DNA of 64,000 nt, taken from the NCBI RefSeq assembly GCF_009914755.1, contig NC_060932.1. One strand, 5' to 3'. The notes below the pieces were generated by a model. That model had not been told where the DNA came from, ran no database searches, and was given only the letters and a program-made list of their open reading frames with translations. Source of the stretch: the human T2T-CHM13v2.0 reference genome, Homo sapiens. Shown here piece by piece: positions 42,784-55,190 of this stretch; within the stretch, counting starts at the first letter, position 1; each line of letters opens with the position of its first letter. The position numbers were made by a program, and so were the translations under genes.

Positions 42784-43871
42784 TGATTTGAGATCTTTCT
42801 TTTTTAAAAAATTTATGCATTTACAACCATAAATTTTTCTCCAAGAATTGTATTGGCTACATCACATAAATTTTAGTCTGTTGGACTTTTGATTTCATTG
42901 GTCTCAAATCATTTTCTTATTTCCCTTTTGATTTTTTCTTTGGTTATTTAAGAGAGTGCTGTTCAACATCCACATGTTCAAACATTTCTCAGTTTTTCTT
43001 CTGTTATTCCAAACGTCATTGTCTTGTATTTGGAAAACATACTTTGCATGATTTAAATTCCTTTGAATATATTATGGCTTGTTTTATAGTCTATAATAGG
43101 GTTGATGCTGAAAAATATTCCATATATGCTAAAGAAGAATATATTCCACTGTTGCTGGGTAGAATGATCTATAGTTGTTTTTCAGGTCTAATGAGTTTAT
43201 ATTGTGTTCACACTTTTTATATTGTTGCTCTTTTGTTATCCTCCCATCCACATACATCGATTCAAGTCACTGTCTAATATTACTTCTCTTCAGCCTGAAA
43301 ACCTTTGAGTACTTTTTACAAGGAAGGTCTGCTGACAATAAATTCCCTCAATTTTTGTACTATAGGAATATCTTTATTTTTGCCTTAAGTTTTGAAAGAT
43401 AGTTCTGCTATATATTTTAACTGACTTTTGTCCTCAGTACTTTGAGTATGTCATCCTGCTGACTTCTGATCTCCATTGTCTGTGATGAGAAGTCAGCTGT
43501 AAGTCTCACTGGGATCTCTTCCTATGTAATGAGTTAATTTTCCGTTGCTGTTTTCAAGGTTTTCTCTTCGTCTTTCAACAATTGATTATGGTGTTGCATC
43601 TATCCTACTTTGAGTTCATTGAGCTTTTAGGATGTGTAAATTAATGTTTATTGTTAAATTTATAAGGTTTTCAGGCATTATTTCTTTAAATATTTTTTCC
43701 TTCTCCTTTCTGGTACTCCCGTTTCGTATATGTTTGAAAGTTTAATGTTGCCCAAAATGTTTGTCTGAGGCTATGTTCATTTGGCTTTACTCTTTTTTTT
43801 CTCTCTTTTTAGGTTGCATAGTCTCCATTGATCTATTTTGAAGTTTTCTGATTCTTTTTTTTTAATTTTTT

Positions 43872-43960
43872 CTTCTGCCACTTTAGATATACTGCTTAGA
43901 TATACTGCCACTTTAGATATACTGCCACTTTAGATATACTTCTGCCACTTTAGATATACT
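43872..43960. repeat. Minisatellite, 17-bp unit ctgccactttagatata x~5
   Basis: Units at 43875, 43892 (4-nt deletion), 43905, 43922, 43942. Confidence 0.95.
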
Positions 43961-44439
43961 CCAGTGAGACATTTTTTATTTCTGTTATTTTTTTTTTAGC
44001 TCTGGAATGTCCATTGGTTTTTTTAAAATAACATTTATCTTATATTGATATTCTGTATTTTAATTAGACATTATTATACTTTAATTATTTAATTATAACT
44101 TTGTTTAGTCCTTTGAACATATTTCTAATACTTGCTTTGAAGTGCTGCCTGTTAAGTTAGATATTTAGGCCTTCTCACAGACAATTTCTGTTGCTTGCTT
44201 TTATTCCTATGTGTGAAGTCACATTTGCATCTCATAATTTTTAGTTAAAACTGGACATTTTAGATTATATATAGCAGCAATTCTGGATACTGATTTTCAT
44301 CTCCTCTGGAATATAAAAATGGTCAGTGGAAACAAAGACACCATTAGATTCAACTTATTTATTTTCTTGCCTCGACTTTTTCAGAAAATATTCATAGTCA
44401 ATATTAAGACTTATTGAATAAAGAGAAATAGAGATATTA

Positions 44440-44877
<438 letters not shown>

Positions 44878-45323
44878 CTATTTTCTACCTCCCCAGGTTG
44901 AATATTACTGGATTTATAGGGAGAGGGGACAACTGAAGGGAAAATCAAAAGAAATTGAAATTACTTCTCTATTTTTCTATTTTTGAGAGCAGTATTTTGA
45001 TACTGCACTGAACTACTTTTTTAAAACAGGCTATGAACTGTGTCCTTCTGGAAAACTAATAAGAGTGAGACAAAGTCCAAAGGAGATGGAAAGGGGAGAT
45101 GGCTACTCAGCATAATTTTTCAAATCTAGGCTGTAAGAGATAAACGCTTTGAGCTTTTCTTCTAACTCATCTGGTGTAGGTAGCTAGGAGAATGAATACA
45201 ACACATTTTATAGAGCAAAATCTGTACAATTAGGTGTTTGGATTTTACTAAATTGTGTTATTGCATGGTTTATGTCTGCCTGAATCCTTTTTGTTATTTT
45301 CTGATAATAGCATCCCCCCCCCC

Positions 45324-45623
45324 TTTTTTTTTTTCTTTTTTTGAGACAGAGTCTCGCTCTGTCGCCCAGGCTGGAGTGCAGTGGCACAATCTCGGCTCAC
45401 TGCAAGCTCCGCCTCCCGGGTTCACGCCATTCTTCTGCCTCAGCCTCCTGAGTAGCTGAGACTACAGGCGCCCGCCACCACGCCCGGCTAATTTTTTGTA
45501 TTTTTAGTAGAGACGGGGTTTCATCGTGTTAGCCAGGATGGTCTCGATCTCTTGACCTTGTGTTCCGCCCGCCTCAGCCTCTCAAAGTGCTGAGATTACA
45601 GGTGTGAGCCACCACGCGTGGCC
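45324..45623 (-). mobile_element. AluY
   Basis: CpG-rich with AluY diagnostics (gcaagctccgcctcccgggttcacgccatt); TSD aatagcat. Confidence 0.96.
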
Positions 45624-46886
45624 AATAGCATACCCTTTCATCTGGGGAAGATCTCTTCTCTATTTCTCATGTTCAGGAGAAGCACTTGATGATAGTACCT
45701 ACCCATCGATCCTCACGGATGTGGGCCTCTGAGCCACATCTTTTTGTTTGTACAATTATTTCTCTGTATTTCTCTACATGCTAGGAACTTTATTCGTGCA
45801 ATACATTTTTCTTTCCTTCATTAGGTCAGTCAAAGTCTATGCTAATTGCAATTAAAAAATCGCTAGACACCTAGACCTATGTGATATTTGTCTCTTTAGA
45901 CCTTTATTCTAACTCATGGGACCCCCTCACACAGGTTAATATTACTGACCAAATAACATTGATGATAAGGCAATTATCTATTTCAAATACAAAGAGTAAA
46001 AAAAGAATGAATTAGAATGAAAAATTTGTTTAAGAGAACTTAATACTACTGGTGCATTACATATCAGTAGAGAGGAAATGTTGAAAGAGTAACTAGATGC
46101 CAAAATGACTAAATTTGGAATTTGGAGAGGGAACTAGAAGGAGAGTGGAAAGAGGCCAAGCTATTCCTTTAACTACTTTAAAGAGGAAAACAAAGAACTC
46201 ACTGTAATTCAGAAGGCAGTAGGAGAAAATTCTGCACACACCAACAAAGCACATTGTGCCCAGGCAATTTCTTCCTTAAGTCCTGTCCCACTGAGACTTT
46301 TTGGCAGCATCTGTATCATGCCTGATGTAAGCTTTGTAGCGTCCTTGGTCTGCTAGTTGGAGCTCCTCCTGCTAGTGGGTTTACTATTGCCACCGCCAGT
46401 GCAGGGCCTGTAGGTTGGTTCTGCAGTGCAGCACGCTGGGGCTTTTCCATCCCAACTGTCACCTGTCACCACCTTCCCTGCCAAGTCTCCCCCTAGCTAT
46501 TGCCTTTGTCCTCTGTGTTCTGTTGCTGGGAGTTCTGCTGATGTTATGCCAGCGCTCTTTGGTTAATGCCCCCAGTATCCCTGCTCTTGTCTTTCTCAAA
46601 GATGACAGTATTCTATTCTCTCTTCTAGAAGAAAGGGCAAATTCATTAACACCTCTCTTTACAACCGTCCTCTGCACTCCCTTCCACAAACAAAACCATG
46701 TGATCTTAGCTCACAGACATGTTGAACATTGTTCAACATGAGTTCTGCTGGTGAGCTTTTTCATTCAGTGTTCCTCAAGGCTCAGAAAACAGAAGATCCC
46801 TAGATCAAAACCAAGTTCCAATTCCATAACTTCAGGCGTTCACCTTGCTCATTGTCCCGGATGAGAGGGGGCATCCTGAGGCCTAG

Positions 46887-47240
<354 letters not shown>

Positions 47241-47841
47241 TGATTCCCAGATTTCTAAGTGGGGGACTGCAATAAATATTATGTTTTATGGTAATACTTC
47301 ATAATACACTGTCACAGCTAAAGCATATGCTGTCTTTTCTTCTCTTTTCCCTCTCATTTTACTCCAATAATTTCACTATGTTTAGGAGGAAAATCCTCCT
47401 AGCTTCTTCAGCGATTTTGCTTTATGGCTTCAGCTTCTCCCTAACCCGCTCCTCCTCCTGCCCCAAACAAATGCAGTTCCCTAAGTTGCATTGTCATGGC
47501 CTCTGTGATCACCAGCAATTCTATACCATCAGCCTTTGATGCAACCGTATATTCTGGGGAATTTTGTACATTAAGAAGGCAGATAGGCACCTTACGCAGA
47601 GCAAGTTTGACCCATTTCCAACAAATAAATTTACCAGTTTCAACAGACTCCTTCAGATTCTAAATATAACTGCTCATGCTGACGTGTGGGTGACTCGCAT
47701 CACTGCTCCTCTGAAAGTCTAGTGTTTGAGCATGAAGAGGTTGTAAACTTCACTTTTTCTTTTGTTGTAAAAAGACGTTCATTGACTTACACATGACAAT
47801 CTGTATGCTTCACAAATTTGTTACAGAAAAAGGGCAGAAGA

Positions 47842-47937
47842 GGCTGGGAACAGTGACTCATGCCTGTAATCCTAGTACTTTGGGAGTTCAAGACCAGCCT
47901 GAAAAACAAAGCAAGACCCTGCCTCTGAAAAAAAAAA
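47842..47937 (+). mobile_element. FLAM / internally deleted Alu monomer
   Basis: ggctggg...tcatgcctgtaatcctagtactttgggagttcaagaccagcct. Confidence 0.85.
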
Positions 47938-48092
47938 TATACATATGTATATTTTTTATATATATAAATATATATAAAATATAGAAATATACATATATAA
48001 ATATATATGGAAATATACATATATCAATATATATGGAAATATACATATATCAATATATATATGGAAATATACATATATATATATATATATGG
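47938..48092. repeat. TA-rich tract with 26-bp tandem unit atatatatggaaatatacatatatca
   Basis: Direct reading, ~3.5 copies from 48001. Confidence 0.9.
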
Positions 48093-48459
48093 AAAAGAAA
48101 GGGCACAAAAGTAGAGAGAATTTGAGAGACATTTCAATATTTGGGAAATGAGTCCTAGTGCTTTACCTCATTACTTTTAAACCAAGATTCAATTCAAGAA
48201 AACAAAGGCAAAAATGACAATGGAAGATGGATAAAATGTGACAGGTTTTAGGAAAACATTTTTAACACTGTAAGGCTATATAACAGGTCCTAAGAAAACG
48301 TACTATCTTTTTGATAGAAGGAAAATATCTTTTTAAAAAACTTTAAAAAGCTCTTTCTTTTTATTTTAAACTTTTATCAGACTGAGTGACATGTTTCTCA
48401 CTGACTCTCTGTGTTAGAAAGATTCAGAGTATTTCAGATTGAGGTTCAGTTCATGTTAA

Positions 48460-48790
<331 letters not shown>

Positions 48791-49736
48791 TAATGTTCTT
48801 AAACTGCTGCAAAACCAGTACAATTTTCTAAGACCCAACCAAAACTAAAGGAAGTGACAATGAAAAATGATCAGAACTCTCTCCTGAGAGTGGGAGTACC
48901 TATAAGCAGGCAATTAAAGTGTTGCCTAGGGGAAAACAGTAGCTTTCTCCAAAAACCATGCAGAGCACTCAAGGCTTCAGAGGGTCACTAAATCCAAGCC
49001 TGAGCTCATAAAGATCCACCAGGGCCCTGGGAGGAGGGCACATGCCCACAACTTCCCAAAGAACAGTATTCATAGCTGTTGGAAATGAGACAGAGCTATG
49101 CAAAACACATGTACGCCACCTCATACATTGTCACGTCTTTGTGACTGTGCAAAAGGTGTGAGTTTGTCATCGTGGTAGACAATAAAGATAAAGGAAATCT
49201 GTGAATACTTGAGTAACCTGTGCTTGGATTGCATGAGTGTTCTGTCCATACCCCCTGGCAGCCTGCAGAGATGATGCGTTTAGGCCAGCACTGCGGAGCT
49301 TCACCATGGCTGGCACACAGGGGCCTTACTCCTCTTCATGTATTCTTGCCTGCCGTGTAAAGTCATCTCATGAAGAGACCCTCCAGCTCTGTTCATTCCT
49401 CCAAATCCATGCTCTATTCCTGACCACATTAAAATACTCTGAGTGCCATCTTGCCCTGAACCAAACATTTTACTCATGCTCTGTTTATGTCCCTGACTAC
49501 TTTCCATGGGGGTGAAATCTATTTCAAAATGAGACACGACTTTAAAAACAATTGTTTTATGGAGTGCAGGCAGCACAAGATTCCAGATTAGAGTGAATAC
49601 AAGCTTCTCTGGAGAGCAGGCTTGGGTAGGGCCAAGGGAGGGTTATGGTGGTGGTTCAGTGTGAAGGACCTCTACTGTCTAGTAGTCAGAAGACTGAGAT
49701 ACCAGACATGGCATTCAGGCATCCAAAGTTACTGGT

Positions 49737-50283
49737 TGTATTAGTCAGGGTTCTCTAGAGGCACAGAACTAACAGGAGATATATCTATATATACAGATAT
49801 AGATATATCTCCTGTTAGTTCTGTGTATATATATTAATATTAATATATTATATATATAAAGTAATATATATAATAAAGTAATATATATATATATCTTTAT
49901 TAAGTATTAACTTACATGATCACAAGGTCCCACAGTAGGCCGTCTGCAAGCTGAGGAGCAAGGTAAGCCAGTCCGAGTCCCAAAACTGAAGAACTTGAAG
50001 TCTGATGTTTGAGAGCAGGAAGCATCCAGCATGGGAGAAAGATGTAGGCTGGGAGGCTAGGCCAGTTTCTCCTTTTCATGGTTTTTTTTTTTTTTTTTGG
50101 CCTTCTTTATATTCGCTGGCAACTGATGAGATTGTGCCCACCAGATTAAGGGTGGATCTGCCTTCCCCAGGCAACTGACTCAAATGTTAATCTCTTTTTG
50201 GCAACACTTTCACAGATACACCCAGGATCAATACTTTGTATCCTTCAATCCAATCAAGTTGACAGTCAGTATTAACCATCACA
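49737..50283 (-). mobile_element. MLT2A1/A2 solo LTR (HERV-L)
   Basis: tgtattagtcagggttctctagag...ccttcaatccaatcaagttgacagtcagtattaaccatcaca; TSD ctggt/ctgat. Confidence 0.93.
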
Positions 50284-51429
50284 CTGATTAACATTAAATA
50301 AGAGGTTTCTATAAGTGGACTTACAGTATTTAATGAGAAGACAGGTAAGATAAGGTGTGTGAAAGCATTATGGTACCTGGAATACAACACTCTAAATGCA
50401 CTGGTTATTAGAAAGTGGGGATTGGAAGTGGCAGAAGAATAGAAATGGGCCCAGGGGAAGCCACGTGGTTGAAGGGTTGAAACCCCTGCACTTGCTGGTG
50501 GTTTTTTCAAGGGTTTTTTCTAGGGATCTAAGAGGTAGATGTTTTAAATATGGCTTAGTTTTCTTCCTATTCTTCATTGATCAGTCAGTGGCTTGTTGGT
50601 CATGGATGACATCAATTGCTCTGATGATACAAATGCTTCAGTTTTCCTTGCTAACATCCACCTGATGATGAAAGAGGGCTCTGTTGCTCTCGTTCAGGTT
50701 CCCCTAGGGTTCTGAAATTCTGCAGCATGCACTAACCTGATTGCTACAACTGCAGACTTAGAAAAATGTGGTCACTCTTGAGGTGGCTAAAGTAGAATTT
50801 AGAACATCTGGGAACATCAAGTCAGCAGCTGTCTCTGGCTCAGTGTCTCTGCCATGTTTTCTTCTTTTGGGTGATCCAGAGGAAGAGAATCCAGTAGCAG
50901 AGGAAGAGAATTGTCCAATTGCAAATTCCCTGATATGAGTTAGAGGAAGAAATGGTGTTAGAGGAAGTGATATATATATAATAGTGATATAGTGTTAAAG
51001 GAAGAAAGGTTCTTTTGTCCCCTATAATGTTATCTGGAATGTTTAGATTGCTGAGACAATGCCTAACTGACTTTTGAGATAGAAATAAAGTTTACTGCTA
51101 CAGGTGAGCTCCTGGGCTTTAACTTTGGCTGAGCTAGAGGGTACCAGAAGAGGCAAGACTGACTCCAGGATTTCTCCATTGGAAAGGTTTGGGCACTACT
51201 CTAGTTGCCAGCATGGGTTGGGGTAGTGCAGGGAGTGTTGGCCTTGCCAGGGGTTTGTTAGGTAAACACACTGCTTTTACTTAGAGTGTATGTTTCATTG
51301 GAGTGGCCTGGGGATCATAGTGTTTCTGATTATGGGTGAGGGCACCTAAGCCCCATCAACAACTCCACAGTGCCAACTCAAGAGCAGATGGGTTGGAGAA
51401 ACCATGTCAATTGCTTGCTGAAGTATAAT

Positions 51430-51560
51430 GGACAGCACATTAACCAGGGAGGTTGGGAAACCTGGCTTCCAGTTCTAGCTCTGCTGACAGTGTCATACTT
51501 TGCAAGCCAGACTCTCTTCTCTTTAGATGCTAGGTTAATAATACTGAAATTAGAGAAGGA
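51430..51560 (+). mobile_element. MIR SINE
   Basis: aacctggcttccagttctagctctgc. Confidence 0.55.
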
Positions 51561-51568
51561 GTCTAGAT

Positions 51569-51865
51569 CAACACGATTTCATAGAATATAATGTGAGAAA
51601 CACATGCAACTTCACATTTTCTAGCAGCCACATTAAAAACATCAAAATAAATAAGTACAATTATAATATTCTATTTTACCCCACATATCCACAATATAAT
51701 CGTTCCAACAAGTATCCAACATAAAAATAACTGATGGGATATTTAACATTCTTCCTTGTACTAATTCTTTGACGTCTGATATTTATACTTATGGCATATC
51801 TTAATTTGATTAGCATGTTTTAAGTTCTCAGGGGCTCCACGTCACTGCCGCATTGGACAGCGCAT
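51569..51865 (+). mobile_element. MER33 (hAT-Charlie)
   Basis: atagaatataatgtgag...ttttctagcagccacattaaaaa...ttggacagcgca; 8-bp TSD gtctagat/ctctaaat. Confidence 0.88.
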
Positions 51866-52741
51866 CTCTAAATGAGTCTAAAGGCCTGTCTAGACAGGCC
51901 ATCCTTGAAATGTTTTGCCGTTGACTTAGTCATCCTTCTGCTGGGTTTTCAACTCTCAGGGACCCCTGTGTCAACCTGAATACGCAGGAAGAAATAATTT
52001 GTGACTAGACCCTCTGCCCCAGATAGGCTATAGGCCTCCCAGGAACAAAGCATATAACTCCCCCACTTACCTTGGGAAATTGCTTTAAGATCCCGTGTGA
52101 AAGGAGATGATAAATACAAATGCAAAGTAATTAGTCCTTGAGCATTTCTTCTTACATAGTCATGGACGTAAGTGCAGTCTGTGATGCATGTTCCTGCCCG
52201 AAGCCTCAGGAAGCCTAATTAACAATCTCCTGTAAAGTGCTAGGAGATGCTCCAGATGAAAGGTGGTTAGTGAAAGCCAAACATCATCCTGAGCAACATT
52301 TGATCCTGCCCCTCCTGGGGCTGCACCATTACCACCTGGACTGACGTCACTTTCTGCAGTTAGCAGCTCTTCTGCCAGGAAAAAGAAGAAATGGGAGTGT
52401 CCAGGTCCCACCAGGTGACCCATTAAAAAAACAAAAAAGAAACACCCCCGGACTTTTGCTCCAGGGGCCTTGCCTGCTCATCCATTCTAAGAAGCCAGAT
52501 CCCATTTTCTCCAAATTACACTCTTACTGCCTAATTGAGCGCTCTTCTCCTTAAGCTGAAGTCACTTAGGGTAGTAGATGAGTCAGAAACACCAGTGTGG
52601 TTTCATTTGCTTTGAAGGCAGTTTTTTTCTTTTTGTCAAGTTGAGTTTGTCCTCAGGACAAATGTGAAGGAGGTAGAGTTTATCTTTAACGCATGTCTAC
52701 TTTCTCTTTCTAAGGGCTATTACCCTTCATTGGGACCTGGC

Positions 52742-53307
52742 TGTACTAGTCAGGGTTCTCTAGAGAAACAGAACCAAAAGGATATATATATTTAAAATAT
52801 ATATGCCATATATATGTGTATATATGGCATATTTGAGATACATAGTATGATATATGTGATACATACATATCACATCATATATCTATGTGATAGAAATTGT
52901 CTCACATCATTATGGAGGCCAAGGGGTTACAATCCATGATTTGCAAGCTGGAGAACCAAGAAAAGAAGGTGAAGTGGGGGTGGCAGTGATGGTACAAATC
53001 CCAGCTCAAGTCCAAAGGCCCAAGAACCAGGAGCACAGATGTCTGAGGGTAGGAGAAGATGGATGTCTCAGTTCAGAGAGAGTGAATTCACCCTTCCTCT
53101 GCCATTTTGTTTTATTTAGGCTCTCAATAGATTAGCATTGGATAACGCCCATCCACATTGGTGAGGGTAGTCTTCTTTACTTAGCCTTACTATCTCAAAT
53201 GCTAGTCTATGCCAAAAACCCTTCACAGACACCCAGAAATAATGTGCTACTAGCTATCTGGGCATCCCTTAGCCCAGTCAAGTTAACATATACAATTAGC
53301 CATCACA
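52742..53307 (-). mobile_element. MLT2C/D-type solo LTR (ERVL)
   Basis: tgtactagtcagggttctctagagaaacagaacc...gcccagtcaagttaac...ccatcaca; TSD ctggc/ctgac. Confidence 0.88.
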
Positions 53308-53893
53308 CTGACCACCCAGCAGGCCTTCTCTCTTCTCCTCCTACCCTGCTATCTCTAAACCAAGCCCTGGACTCATATGTTACCATTTCACCTTTAAAAT
53401 TGCTTTCTCACAATTGCTATTTTATAAACATTTTACTATATTTATTTTATCAGATGTGAAAACCATAATGGTTGAGTTCATTCATTCCTTTTTATAGTTT
53501 ATTTATTCTTCAACATTTACTTAGCACTCCTTATGTATCAGTGTGCTTGGCAGTCAATGAGCTGGGCTTTTGAAGTGAGACATGTCTCTTTTGATAATTC
53601 TTTTTTTCTGCCTGTCCTTTAAATGCTGATTTTCCTCTGGGGTCTATCCTTAGACCAGTGTTCTCATGTGTTCATGGAATGTTCTCTTTAGTCCACATGG
53701 TCTCTCGAGTCTGCTGCACTTGGCTATGAAGGTTGTCAACCTCACTATTTCAGGGAGCCCCAGGATAGAGTTGAGTTCTATAGTGGTTGGTTCTACTTTC
53801 TCTAAGAAATCTCAACTAATCCTGTGCCAATGACCCCAAATCTGTGTCACCAGAGTCTTCCTTATTCTTCAATATTAGGCTGCCTGGATTCAG

Positions 53894-53925
53894 TTTGATT
53901 TGATTTGGTTTGACTTGATTTGGTT
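53894..53925. repeat. (TTTGA/TTTGG)n pentamer
   Basis: Direct reading. Confidence 0.75.
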
Positions 53926-53989
53926 CCCCTCCCTTCCCTTCTTTCCTTCTTCCTTCCTTGTAGATAGGTTGCACATAACATATAAAAAA

Positions 53990-54380
53990 TTGATACATAA
54001 TATTTTACACATTTATGGGGTACATGTGAGTATTTGTTACATGCATATACTATATAATGATCAAGTTAGGGTATTTATGGATTCCCCACCTTGAGTATTT
54101 GTCATTTCTGTGTTGGGAACATCAAAAACCTCTCTGATAGCTACTTTGAAATATACAATACATTGTTGCTAACCGTAGTTACCCTACTCTGCTATCAAAC
54201 ATTAGAAGTTATATCCTCTATCTAACTATATGTTTGTACCCATTAACCAACCTCTCTTCATCCCCTTTCCCACCCACAGACCCTTCCAAGCCTCTGGTCT
54301 CTATCATTCTATTCTCTACTTCCACGAAATAAACACTTTTAGCTCCCACATATCAGCAAAAACATGTGATATATGCCTTT
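53990..54380 (-). mobile_element. L1MA (L1MA3-5-like) 3' end
   Basis: catttatggggtacatgtgagtatttg...tttgtacccattaaccaacctctc...tagctcccacat. Confidence 0.88.
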
Positions 54381-54413
54381 TATGGTAGAACATAACATTT
54401 ACCTACAGTGAAG

Positions 54414-54788
54414 TGTATCAAGTTGATTGGTTTTGGCTGCTTTGACAAAATGCCATAGACTGGGTTGTTTAAACAACAGAAATTTATTTCTCATAGTTCT
54501 GGAGTCTGGGAAGTCCAATATCAAGGTGCTGGCTGATTCAGTTCTTGGTGAGGACTCTTCCTGGTTTTCAGATAACCATCTTCTTGTGTATCCTGACATG
54601 GCGGAGTGGGACAAAGAGGAAACAAGCTCTCTTCCGTCTCTTCCTGGAAGTGTACCGATCCCATCCTGAGGGCTCCACTCTCATGACCTAATTATCTCCA
54701 AAGGTCCCATCTTTAAATACCATCATATTGGGAATTGGAATTTTAAGGCATGAATTTTGGGGTAGACGCAAACATTCAGTATATAGCA
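54414..54788 (-). mobile_element. MLT1A0-like solo LTR
   Basis: aaacaacagaaatttatttctcatagttctggag...aaacattcagtatatagca. Confidence 0.88.
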
Positions 54789-54815
54789 GGCTCTAATCTT
54801 AAGTGTATATCATAA

Positions 54816-55190
<375 letters not shown>

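Noticed and set aside
43872-43960. CRISPR-like array
   Set aside because: Repeats are contiguous without unique spacers and the context is eukaryotic
46277-46368. Minus-strand peptide EELQLADQGRYKAYIRHD resembling the SLAM/CD2 IgV D-x-G-x-Y motif
   Set aside because: Bounded by stop codons on both sides, with no other Ig strands and no convincing exon structure; likely chance
46415-46741. 108-aa ORF with hydrophobic stretch (possible TM microprotein)
   Set aside because: Non-ATG start, T-rich composition explains hydrophobicity, no supporting signals
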